DNA from: a virus
Reading direction: 5' to 3' (one strand)
Length of the DNA stretch: 64,000 nt
IMG/VR virus record: IMGVR_UViG_3300043775_002839
Span: 29,706 to 93,705 of that record
Position numbers and translations under genes: made by a program
The notes under the pieces: generated by a model
What the model was told of the DNA's origin: nothing
What the model saw: the letters and a program-made list of their open reading frames with translations, nothing else
The model's database searches: none
Shown: positions 1-8,907 of the stretch, one piece after another
How the letters are laid out: each line of letters opens with the position of its first letter
How positions within the stretch are numbered: position 1 is the first letter of the stretch

Positions 1-5
1 ATGAT

Positions 6-887
6 ATGGTGTACACTTTCTTAATGAAATTCTTACCAAAGTTTCCAATGATGACTGGTTGGAATTTTATCAACTATGACTGGCAATATATTGTTAATCG
101 ATGTAAGAGACTTCAAATTGATATTAAAGAAGTTGGCATGACCCATTCAATCGATCATACTGACGGTCGACCTCTTCATATCGGAATTCTTGACTACATG
201 CAATTGTATGACAAATATGACCGAACCGTAAAAGTTAAAGAATCTAACTCTTTGGATTATGTTTCTAGTCAAGTCCTTAATGTTAATAAAATCAAGTTCA
301 CTGGCTCACTACAGGACTTATACCGGGATAACTTTGTCAAGTACATATATTACAATGTTGTCGATTCAGTACTTGTATATTACATTGACCAGAAGTTGAA
401 GTCGATGGAGGTACTACTAACCTTGGCAAACATTACTAATATGCCATTATATAAAGCAAGTTCTCCAGTGGCAGTTACTGAAGCGATTATGGCCAGAAAA
501 CTTGCTGAGCAAGGAATGCGAATTGGAAGTGAAGAAAAATCTGACAGTCAAAAAGATGGCCAATATGCTGGAGCATTCGTAAAAGAACCAATCTTAGGAT
601 TCTATGAAGGTGTAAGTGCATTCGATTTTGCTTCACTATACCCTTCGATCATGAGACAGTTCAATATATCTCCAGATGCGTACATCGAAAAGATTTATAA
701 AAGTGAAATTGAAGAGCGCAGAAAGAACAAAGAAGTTATTGTTTGTGATAATGGTGTAGTTTACAAGACCGAAGATTCTATTCTAAGAAAAATATTAAGT
801 GACCTTTATGCACAGCGTAAAGATTATAAAAAAACTTCTTATGAATATTTCACAAAAGCAGACCGGTTGAAAAAACTACTCCAATAA
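6..887 (+). CDS. polB: Family B DNA polymerase, N-terminal subunit (gp43A-like: exonuclease plus palm motif A); 5' end probably lies before the window
   Basis: ExoII GWNFINYD, ExoIII YNVVD and motif A DFASLYPSIM are present; the ORF ends in the first fingers helix and lacks motifs B and C. Confidence 0.92.
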   Translation: MVYTFLMKFLPKFPMMTGWNFINYDWQYIVNRCKRLQIDIKEVGMTHSIDHTDGRPLHIGILDYMQLYDKYDRTVKVKESNSLDYVSSQVLNVNKIKFTGSLQDLYRDNFVKYIYYNVVDSVLVYYIDQKLKSMEVLLTLANITNMPLYKASSPVAVTEAIMARKLAEQGMRIGSEEKSDSQKDGQYAGAFVKEPILGFYEGVSAFDFASLYPSIMRQFNISPDAYIEKIYKSEIEERRKNKEVIVCDNGVVYKTEDSILRKILSDLYAQRKDYKKTSYEYFTKADRLKKLLQ

Positions 888-922
888 AACGTATATATAA
901 ATTTCTAAAAAAAACCCCATCA

Positions 923-1900
923 ATGAGCAATATCTTTCAAAAACGCGTAAATATTTTACCTTACGAATACCCTTCCCTATTAGCATACAAAGACGCAATC
1001 CGTCACTCATATTGGATTCATACCGAATTTAACTTTACAACAGATATTGATGACTTTATGACTAAAGTATCTGACTCAGAGCGTGAAGTAATTAAAAGAT
1101 CGATGCTTGCAATTGCACAAATCGAGGTTAATGTTAAAACTTTTTGGGCAGATCTTTATAAAAGAATGCCAATCACTGAAATTGGAGATGTTGGTATGAC
1201 ATTTGCAGAAAGTGAAGTGAGACATAAAGATGCTTACGCACAATTATTAAGAATCCTAGGATTAGAAGACGAATTCCAACATGTAGTAGAGATTCCAGCA
1301 ATTAAAGATAGAATTGCATACTTAAGCAAGTATTTGGACGGTACAAGAAGTAAGGACAATAAAATGTATACGAAATCCGTACTGCTATTTTCATTGTTTA
1401 TAGAGCATGTTAGCCTATTTAGTCAATTCTTTATTATGATGTCCTTTAACAAGGAGAAAAACCTATTTAAAGGTATTTCAAATGTAGTTGAAGCGACAAG
1501 TAAAGAGGAGGAAATCCATGGAAACTTTGGTTCTGAGTTGATTAACATTATTAAGAGAGAGAACCCAGAATGGTTTGATGAGGAATTTGAAAATCTTATA
1601 GATTCTGCTTGTAAAAAAGCATACCTAGCAGAGGTTAAAATTCTTGATTGGATTTTTGAAAAAGGTGAACTTGATTTCCTATCAAAAGAAACTATCAAAC
1701 AATTTATTCAAAATCGTTTTAATAATTCCCTACAGCGAATTGGAATGAAACCTGTATTTGAAGTTGATTTTACAGAAATTGAAAAATCTCTATGGTTTGA
1801 TGTTGAGATTCTTTCAACAAAGGAGGGAGACTTTTTCTATAAAAAGCAAATTGATTATTTTAAGAAAGGTAAGTCAATTACCGAAGACGATTTGTTTTAA
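923..1900 (+). CDS. nrdB: Ribonucleotide reductase class Ia beta subunit
   Basis: Diiron motifs ESEVRHKDAY and EEEIH; natural C-terminal tail DFF...Y...DDLF. Confidence 0.95.
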   Translation: MSNIFQKRVNILPYEYPSLLAYKDAIRHSYWIHTEFNFTTDIDDFMTKVSDSEREVIKRSMLAIAQIEVNVKTFWADLYKRMPITEIGDVGMTFAESEVRHKDAYAQLLRILGLEDEFQHVVEIPAIKDRIAYLSKYLDGTRSKDNKMYTKSVLLFSLFIEHVSLFSQFFIMMSFNKEKNLFKGISNVVEATSKEEEIHGNFGSELINIIKRENPEWFDEEFENLIDSACKKAYLAEVKILDWIFEKGELDFLSKETIKQFIQNRFNNSLQRIGMKPVFEVDFTEIEKSLWFDVEILSTKEGDFFYKKQIDYFKKGKSITEDDLF

Positions 1901-1969
1901 TTAATGTCCTTTTTTGATAAAAAAATTCAGATGATTGAGATATATAAACTATAAAAATATAACAATCAA

Positions 1970-2791
1970 ATGAATTGGACAATCATATATAAAAACTTAA
2001 TAGATAATGCAATCTTAGAAAAAAGAACTAAAAGTACTGAAATATATTATGAAAATCATCATATTGTTCCAAAACACATGGGAGGTGATAATTCAAAAGA
2101 TAATTTAGTACTTTTGACATTTAGAGAGCATGTATTAGCGCACTATTTGTTATGGAGAATCCATGGATGTGAGGGTGATAAATTAATGTATTCTCTTAGA
2201 AATCTTCAAACCGAAGAGGCTCAAAGATTAAGAGTTAAATTAGCAGTTGAAGCAAATAGAAATGGAGGTAAAGGATTTAGACTATGGGATGGCGATAAAA
2301 ATCCAATGAAAGATCCGAAAAAAGTTCAAAAAATGATTGAAACCAAAAAGGAAAAATACAATGGACATGTAATATCTAGCGAAGCAATGGAAAATTGGTA
2401 CTCTGGAGTTTCAAACCATTTAAAAGAAATGGCAAAGGACCCTGAAATTCAAGAAAAAAGGTCTAATACTATTAAACAAATTAATGCAACCCTAACGCCG
2501 GAAGAATTTGCACTAAAATATAATAATGCTGGTGAAAACAATGGAAACTTTGGATGGATTAAAGGGTATTATGAAGTAGTTGATCCGGATGGAAATGTTA
2601 CTAAATATGAAAGTCAAGAGAACATTATAAAAGAATTAAATGTATCTCAATCTTTTTTGGTTAGAAATAGAAACAAAGGAGTATTATATACAAAACCAAA
2701 AAAGAATGCCGGACAATGGAACGGATGGACTTTTAATTACTTTAAGCTTCCATGTCCAACTACGGGTAGAATACAAAAAGAACATAAATAA
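1970..2791 (+). mobile_element. Free-standing HNH homing endonuclease gene between nrdB and nrdA
   Basis: ENHHIVPKHMGGDNSKDNLVLLTFREHVLAH motif, basic NUMOD-like C-terminal region, own GATATATA motif at 1939. Confidence 0.85.
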
Positions 2792-2817
2792 TAAAATTTA
2801 AAAACAAATTAAACTAA

Positions 2818-4443
2818 ATGGAATACGAAAAGAATTACTGGCTTAACGAAGACAGTAGAACATTTTTATCTAGAGGCTATATTACTGAATCTCCAGAGCA
2901 GCGAATTAAAGATGTAGCAAATACCGCAGAAAAGGACTTAAAAATTGAAGGATTTGCAAAAAAGTTTGAGGACTATATGACTAGAGGATTCTATAGTTTA
3001 TCAACTCCAGTTTGGATTAATTATGGAAAAGACAAAGGACTTCCGGTTAGTTGTTATGGAAGTAACGTAGATGATACTTTAGATAGTATTTTAAATGGAA
3101 GTAGAGAAGTTGGAATGATGTCAAAATACGGAGGAGGAACCTCTGCATTTTTAGGAAACATCAGAGCAAGAGGTACTAAGATTTCAACAGGTGGAACTGC
3201 CGATGGTCCAGTGCACTATGCAAGATTATATGATACAACAGTTGATGTATGTAAACAATCAGAGGCCAGAAGAGGAGCATGTGCAGTTTGGTTACCAGTT
3301 GAACACGATGACATTTTAGAATTTTTAGACATTGGAACTGATGGAAATCCAATTCAAAATCTACAATATGGAGTTACTGTTACCGATGCTTGGATTGCTG
3401 AAATGAAAGCAGGAGACGCAGACAAACGTAAAATTTGGGCTAAAATAATTCAAAGACGTAATGAGTTTGGCTTTCCTTACATTATGTTTAAAGATAATAC
3501 CAATAACAATTCACCGTACAAAGAGTTAGGACTTGAAATTACTGCAAGTAACCTATGTAGTGAAATTCAATTACCAACCGACAGTTTCAATTCATTTGTA
3601 TGTTGTTTAGGTTCTATTAATCTATTACACTGGGACGAAATTAAAGAAACTGATGCGATTGAAGTTTACACAATGTTCTTAAACGCAGTAATGGACGAAT
3701 TCGTTAACAAGTCTTATAACATGCCTGGAATGAAAAGAGCATGGAGATTTGCAAATGACCACAGAGCGCTGGGTCTTGGAGTATTGGGTTATCATTCCCT
3801 GTTTCAATCTAAATTAATCAGTTTTGATTCACTTCAAGCAAAACAATTAAACCATGAAATCTTTTCAACACTAAAGGAAAAGAGCGAAGCGGCTTCTAGA
3901 TTATTACATGACGAGAAAGGTTACAAATCAATCCGACCAGGATATGCAAACACTACGCTAGTTGCGATTGCTCCAACCAAAAGTAGTTCATTTATCCTAG
4001 GACAAGTAAGTATGGGAATTGAACCAATCAAATCTAATTATTTTATCAAAGATTTGGCCAAGTCAAAAACTATTTACAAAAATCCTTTCTTAATTCAAGA
4101 GTTAGACAAATATGGTTTAAATACACCAGATGTTTGGGAAGGAATATTAAAGCGCGATGGAAGTGTACAACACTTAGACTTTCCAACTAAAGAGGTTTTT
4201 AAATCTTTTGTTGAAATCAGTCCAAAGGAAATAGTACTACAAGCGGCTCAAAGACAGCATTTTATTGACCAATCGCAGTCACTAAACCTAATGATACATC
4301 CATCAGTTTCGGCTAAGGATATTAATACACTATACCTTTACGCTCATGAGGAAGGGGTTAAAACATTATACTATCAATTTAGTCAAAGTTCAGCCCAGTC
4401 TTTTGCAAGAGACATTTTAGAATGCTCAAGCTGTGAGGCATAA
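2818..4443 (+). CDS. nrdA: Ribonucleotide reductase class Ia alpha subunit (short, no ATP cone evident)
   Basis: PVSCY, SNLCSEI, AIAPTKSSS, KTLYY and C-terminal CSSC. Confidence 0.95.
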   Translation: MEYEKNYWLNEDSRTFLSRGYITESPEQRIKDVANTAEKDLKIEGFAKKFEDYMTRGFYSLSTPVWINYGKDKGLPVSCYGSNVDDTLDSILNGSREVGMMSKYGGGTSAFLGNIRARGTKISTGGTADGPVHYARLYDTTVDVCKQSEARRGACAVWLPVEHDDILEFLDIGTDGNPIQNLQYGVTVTDAWIAEMKAGDADKRKIWAKIIQRRNEFGFPYIMFKDNTNNNSPYKELGLEITASNLCSEIQLPTDSFNSFVCCLGSINLLHWDEIKETDAIEVYTMFLNAVMDEFVNKSYNMPGMKRAWRFANDHRALGLGVLGYHSLFQSKLISFDSLQAKQLNHEIFSTLKEKSEAASRLLHDEKGYKSIRPGYANTTLVAIAPTKSSSFILGQVSMGIEPIKSNYFIKDLAKSKTIYKNPFLIQELDKYGLNTPDVWEGILKRDGSVQHLDFPTKEVFKSFVEISPKEIVLQAAQRQHFIDQSQSLNLMIHPSVSAKDINTLYLYAHEEGVKTLYYQFSQSSAQSFARDILECSSCEA

Positions 4444-4446
4444 AAG

Positions 4447-4540
4447 ACCGGCAATCTGAAACATGATTGCATTTTAGGACCGGGACTAGTTCACGGAGGT
4501 GTAAAGCAGGGAATTCGCTACTCCCTGCTTTTTTATTTTT
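4447..4540 (+). ncRNA. Candidate structured RNA element in the nrdA 3' region, ending in an intrinsic terminator
   Basis: Hairpin GCAATC/GATTGC 4451-4470, AGGACCG, hairpin CCG..CGG 4480-4496, terminator AAAGCAGGGA/TCCCTGCTTT plus T tract. Confidence 0.45.
4503..4540 (+). terminator. Rho-independent terminator after nrdA
   Basis: 10-bp stem AAAGCAGGGA/TCCCTGCTTT followed by T run. Confidence 0.8.
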
Positions 4541-4563
4541 AAAAATTTATGAATATATAATTA

Positions 4564-4652
4564 ATAAAAATCTAAATAAGAACCCCTCCTCAGGATAGAA
4601 TCGGAGGACCGACTCACACGAGTTTAACCTGTCAGTAATGACAGGTTTTTTT
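4564..4652 (+). ncRNA. Candidate ~90-nt small RNA
   Basis: Late-type AATATATA at 4552, no ORF, stems CCTCC/GGAGG and ACTC/GAGT around AGGACCG, terminator AACCTGTCA-GTAA-TGACAGGTT plus T tract. Confidence 0.45.
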
Positions 4653-4656
4653 ATGT

Positions 4657-4684
4657 GAAACAAAACCCCTTTTTTGTCTATAAT
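4657..4684 (+). promoter_or_regulatory. Putative middle promoter GAAAC-N17-TATAAT
   Basis: Same 17-nt spacing at 9674, 32933, 50526 (TAAAC), 62960 and 63886; near match at 24102. Confidence 0.65.
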
Positions 4685-4708
4685 ATTAAAATAATTTAAA
4701 CACTAAAT

Positions 4709-5464
4709 ATGAAAATTAAAATTGACAAAGTAGACCAAAACAATTTCATCGGTTTTGTGAATAGACTTAAGGTTATCGATACCTTTATCTACTTTAAAAT
4801 CAAGGATGAAGTGGTACAGGCATCTGCCTATCTTCCACAAAGAGATGCTGTAAAACATCACAGAATTCCAGTGTCGCAAGTATTCCAATTGGAAGACGGC
4901 GCTATTAACACATCAAAAGAATTAAAAATTGCTTTCTTTGATGCTGGTCGTTTAACTGACGCATTTAAACAATTTGAATTTGGAAACATCCAAGCTGAAA
5001 TTGAATTTGTAGAAAATGACGAGGATTTTGTAGCAACTGAGTTCCGTATTTTCAACAATGAATTGGAAATTAAACTTGCATGTTCTGAGCCTTCATTAGG
5101 TTATAAAGACCTTACAGATGCTCAAATTGCAGGAATCTTTAATATTGACGCAGCAAACTATGTATTTGACATGGATTATACTGCAACTTCAAAAGTTCGT
5201 TCTCTTTTTGGATTGGACAAAGAAGAAACTTTCACGATCTCAACTAATGCAGAAGGTGTCCGAATGAAAGGTAAAACTTACAACTACCTTGTGACTGATT
5301 CATTCCAAGGAACCAATCCTGGAAATGTAACTCTTTTCAAAAAATATTTAAACCTATTAGACAAAGAAGATTATTCAGCAAATGTTATGGATAACAGAGT
5401 AGTATTACGCTCAAAAGATTCAGAAACATTACTAACTATCGCTACTTGCCAAACTGCTGAATAA
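4709..5464 (+). CDS. Probable DNA polymerase sliding clamp (T4 gp45-like)
   Basis: 251 aa, acidic alpha/beta pattern, directly upstream of the polymerase C-subunit; clamp loader genes are present in the window. Confidence 0.6.
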   Translation: MKIKIDKVDQNNFIGFVNRLKVIDTFIYFKIKDEVVQASAYLPQRDAVKHHRIPVSQVFQLEDGAINTSKELKIAFFDAGRLTDAFKQFEFGNIQAEIEFVENDEDFVATEFRIFNNELEIKLACSEPSLGYKDLTDAQIAGIFNIDAANYVFDMDYTATSKVRSLFGLDKEETFTISTNAEGVRMKGKTYNYLVTDSFQGTNPGNVTLFKKYLNLLDKEDYSANVMDNRVVLRSKDSETLLTIATCQTAE

Positions 5465-5467
5465 TTT

Positions 5468-6664
5468 ATGACAATCGAAGAATTAATACTAAAACCAGAA
5501 GGTGAGTTATCACAAGATGAAATTAAAATATTGGTTGAGCATTATTCTATGTTGTCAGCAAAGTTCGGTGCCTATGAGCAAGCAGTAAAAGTAATGCTTA
5601 ACTCAATCTATGGTGCATTCGGTAATAAATGGTTTCACTTTTTTAATATAGACATCGCAGAATCTATTACCTTACAGGGACAGTCTGCGATTCTATATTC
5701 TGAGAAGATACTAAATAAGTACTTTCAAGAGTTCTGGACTAAAGACAAGGCAGTTCATGAGTTTTTTAACATCGGAGTTAAGAGCAAATTGGTGCGACCT
5801 TCAGTAGTCTATATTGATACCGATTCTTGTTATGTACAGTTTGAAGAGATGTATGAATCTATCGAATGGCTTGGAGACAAGTTATCGATTGACCAATTCA
5901 TTATGAAATTGTATAACTTTAGACTTAAGGATTATATCTTTAAGTGTATGGAGAAATATGCCGAAGCCACTAATACTGAAAACTTCCTCCAGTTTGAATT
6001 GGAAACGATTGCATACTCTGGAATTTGGTTAGCTAAGAAAAAATACCTGCAGAATATTGCATGGGAAGATAAAATCGGAATCGAAGAACGTTACCCTTCG
6101 CTTAAGAAAGTGAAAACCATCGGATTTGATACAATTCAAAGTTCAACTCCAGCTCTTGCAAGAAAGCAATTAACTGAGATACTTAAACTGATTCTTTCAG
6201 AAAAACCTACTGCTTCTCTATTAAAGAGACTTGTAGACCATTTGAAACAATGTAAAAAAGAATTTCAGCTGGCAAGTGTTGATGAGATATGTTTTAATAA
6301 AAGAACTAACAATATTGAAAAATATATTGTAGATGATACTGTAGAATTTCAATATGGTTTAAAATGTCCGCCAAACGTTAAAGCTGCTGGTTTTTATAAT
6401 TTCTTAATGAATCAAAATCCAAAGCACAAGAACAAATATAAGATGATTGGTAATGGTGAAAAGTTAAAACTATACCACTGTAAACATGGAACTTGCGAAA
6501 TATTTGCATACCAACCAGGATCTCATCCCTATGAAATCGCTCCTCAAGTTGACTATGAAACACAATTTGAAAAGAGTGTTATAGACCCATTGAACCGGGT
6601 TCTTACTGCAGTTGGTTTACACACATTAAATAGAAACTTAATTTATTCAACCTCATTATTTTAA
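5468..6664 (+). CDS. polB: Family B DNA polymerase, C-terminal subunit (gp43B-like)
   Basis: Motif B KVMLNSIYGAFG, motif C YIDTDS, KKKY, C-terminal clamp-binding-like STSLF. Confidence 0.93.
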   Translation: MTIEELILKPEGELSQDEIKILVEHYSMLSAKFGAYEQAVKVMLNSIYGAFGNKWFHFFNIDIAESITLQGQSAILYSEKILNKYFQEFWTKDKAVHEFFNIGVKSKLVRPSVVYIDTDSCYVQFEEMYESIEWLGDKLSIDQFIMKLYNFRLKDYIFKCMEKYAEATNTENFLQFELETIAYSGIWLAKKKYLQNIAWEDKIGIEERYPSLKKVKTIGFDTIQSSTPALARKQLTEILKLILSEKPTASLLKRLVDHLKQCKKEFQLASVDEICFNKRTNNIEKYIVDDTVEFQYGLKCPPNVKAAGFYNFLMNQNPKHKNKYKMIGNGEKLKLYHCKHGTCEIFAYQPGSHPYEIAPQVDYETQFEKSVIDPLNRVLTAVGLHTLNRNLIYSTSLF

Positions 6665-6666
6665 AT

Positions 6667-6858
6667 ATGGATATAGATATCGAAGACTTAACCCAAGACC
6701 AAAAAGAATATGTCAATCAGTACAGGAGAATTAATTCTAGACTAGAATCTCTTATGAAACAAATGTCAATAATACAAAACGAGACCAAAGGTCTAATAGA
6801 GGAACTTGAAGACCTCCGAAAAAAAGAAACAAAACAATATAAAAATGGCAAAAAATAG
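6667..6858 (+). CDS. Small coiled-coil hypothetical protein
   Basis: Tightly packed 63-aa ORF with heptad pattern. Confidence 0.6.
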   Translation: MDIDIEDLTQDQKEYVNQYRRINSRLESLMKQMSIIQNETKGLIEELEDLRKKETKQYKNGKK

Positions 6859-7804
6859 ATTTACATTTGACGATTTAAACGCAGAACTTGCGGGATTAAA
6901 CCCATTAGGTTCTGTTATGGATAAATCAGACTTCTCTGAAGTTACTGAATGGATTCATACCGGAAACTATCACTTAAATGCATGCCTTTCTGGAGATTTA
7001 TTCGGCGGCTGGCCAAACAACAGGTCTTGTTCGATTGCTGGACCATCAGGAACAGGTAAAACTTTCTTGACACTGAATTCAGTTCGAGAGGCAATTAACA
7101 TGGGTTACTATGTAATCTATTATGATTCAGAGGCTGCAGTTGACAAGGACCAGATGGTAAAATTTGGTATTGATGTAACTAAAGTAAACTATCAACCTGT
7201 AAATACAGTGCAGGCATTTAGAACTTCAGTAACTTCAATTACTCAGAAAATGCAAGAGGTTAAAAGAAAGGGTGGAGAGATTCAAAAGATTATGATTATC
7301 TTAGATAGTGCCGGTAACCTTGCAACACAAAAAGAAATCGATGATGCTGCAACTGGAAGTGAGAAGGCAGATATGACACGTTCTAAAATGTTAAAGTCAA
7401 TCTTTAGAATTATCATGACGCCATTGGCTGACCTAAAAATTCCTTTCCTATTTACAAATCATACATACCAAACACAAGACTTTATATCACGTCAAGTTGC
7501 CGGAGGTGGTTGTTTAATTGCAGGTTCTAAAATTAGAATGTCAGATGATTCTTTAAAAGCTATAGAAGATATTAAAGAAGGAGACTTAATTAAAACATTG
7601 CTAGGCGATAAAGAAATAGAAAATACTTGGACATTTAATAAAAAAACATATCAAATAGAGTTTGAAGATGGTAGCATAATTGAATGCTCGGAAGACCATA
7701 GATTTTTTATAGGAGATGTAAATGATGACCCTCTAGATAATAAAAATTGGATATTTGCTAAAGATTTGGTAAAAAATAACGAAGTATCTAGATATATATT
7801 ATAG
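6845..7804 (+). CDS. uvsX: UvsX/RecA recombinase N-terminal part fused to the N-half of a split intein
   Basis: Walker A GPSGTGKT, YDSE, ILDS, FTNHTY, then GGG|CLIAGSKI (intein block A); likely start is ATG 6845. Confidence 0.92.
   Translation: MAKNRFTFDDLNAELAGLNPLGSVMDKSDFSEVTEWIHTGNYHLNACLSGDLFGGWPNNRSCSIAGPSGTGKTFLTLNSVREAINMGYYVIYYDSEAAVDKDQMVKFGIDVTKVNYQPVNTVQAFRTSVTSITQKMQEVKRKGGEIQKIMIILDSAGNLATQKEIDDAATGSEKADMTRSKMLKSIFRIIMTPLADLKIPFLFTNHTYQTQDFISRQVAGGGCLIAGSKIRMSDDSLKAIEDIKEGDLIKTLLGDKEIENTWTFNKKTYQIEFEDGSIIECSEDHRFFIGDVNDDPLDNKNWIFAKDLVKNNEVSRYIL
7511..7801 (+). mobile_element. Split intein N-fragment (IntN, 97 aa)
   Basis: Starts Cys1 CLIAGSKIRMSD, block B ECSEDHRF, WIFAKDL, then stop TAG. 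Confidence 0.9.
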
Positions 7805-7823
7805 GAGGTGGTATACCACCTCC
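7804..7823. promoter_or_regulatory. Perfect 20-bp palindrome/hairpin between IntN and the endonuclease gene
   Basis: GGAGGTGGTATACCACCTCC; overlaps the IntN stop codon; late motif GATATATA at 7791. Confidence 0.7.
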
Positions 7824-7847
7824 CTTAATTTAAAAAATATCTTAAAA

Positions 7848-8840
7848 ATGCCAGTACTTAAAGAATATATCAATCCGGATTTAATAGAATTTAAAAATCT
7901 ATTAATTAAACACTATCCAGATTTAAACGCTGACAATGCACAGTATATTTTAGAACTTTATTCTTTTGTTTATACCGATAAAATAAAAGGAATGGTGGAT
8001 TTTAATTCTAAATGCCAATTATTTTTTAAACAATTTAGAAATGGAAAATCACACTCTTTTTTATCAAAAGAATATTGGATATCAATGGGACATTCAATAG
8101 AATATGCAAGTAAGAAAGTAAGCGAAAGTCAGAAAATTAACAGTCCTCTAAATAAAGAACATTGGTTAAAAAAAGGATTTAGTGAAAATGATGCGATTAT
8201 TAAAATAAAAGAAATTCAATCAAATAGGAGCAATCTTAGATATGAAAAGTATACCAAAGAAGAAATTTCAAGACAAAGCACATGGTCTATAGATTATTGG
8301 ATTAATAAAGGATTCTCAAAGGAAGATGCTATAAAAAAAGTCCATGAAAAAAATTATTCATGTAGAGAATTTTGGAATAGTGATGATGAATATAATGAGA
8401 TTAAAAAAATAATATCTAAAAAAACTTCAGATTTTATTAAAAACAATCCAGAGATTTATAAATCTTTTTTTGGAAGTATTTCTAAGGAAGAAATTTCATT
8501 TTTTAAAGACATTTCAACACATATTAATAATATTAAACATATAGAATTCATTGTCAATATAAAAAAATCTAAAGAACTAGAACAAGGAATAATAAAATAC
8601 GATGGTTATTTTAAAGATGATGATTCATTAATTCTAATAGAGTATGATGGATTGTATTGGCATAAACAAGACTATGACGAGATAAAGGATAAAATATGTT
8701 TAGAAACAAGAAATGATGTTAATGGTATAATAAGAATAAGTTGCGATGCTTATAAAAATAATAATAAAATAATCAATTTAATACAAGATGCAATTAGAAA
8801 AATTAAAAATAAAGAATGTAACAGAGTTAAAATCTACTAA
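7848..8840 (+). mobile_element. Free-standing putative homing endonuclease (Vsr/DUF559-like C-terminal domain) inside the fractured uvsX
   Basis: KYDGY...LIEYDGLYWH...D...IIRI motif; repeated YW..KG.S...A units; very AT-rich; frame differs from both uvsX halves. Confidence 0.8.
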
Positions 8841-8907
8841 AGTATATGACCTTACTGTAGAAGACGCTCAGCATTACATCTCAGAAAATGGAGTGATTAA
8901 TCACAAC
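8788..8907 (+). mobile_element. Split intein C-fragment (IntC)
   Basis: Own ATG, block F VYDLTV, terminal His-Asn, Thr+1 at 8908. Confidence 0.9.

Noticed and set aside
1901-2817. Group I intron carrying the HNH gene
   Set aside because: Both flanking nrd genes look complete and the short AT-rich flanks leave no room for an intron core
4447-4652. tRNA or known self-cleaving ribozyme
   Set aside because: No cloverleaf or T-loop, and no hammerhead or HDV core recognised by eye; kept only as an unassigned RNA candidate
887-5468. Split intein joining the two polymerase halves
   Set aside because: No Cys/Ser-initiated Hint block or His-Asn terminus at either end
7802-7830. Stop-codon reassignment or readthrough joining IntN to the endonuclease
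   Set aside because: Reading through TAG meets TAA at 7826, the next ORFs are in other frames, and TAG ends other genes normally (e.g. 33935)
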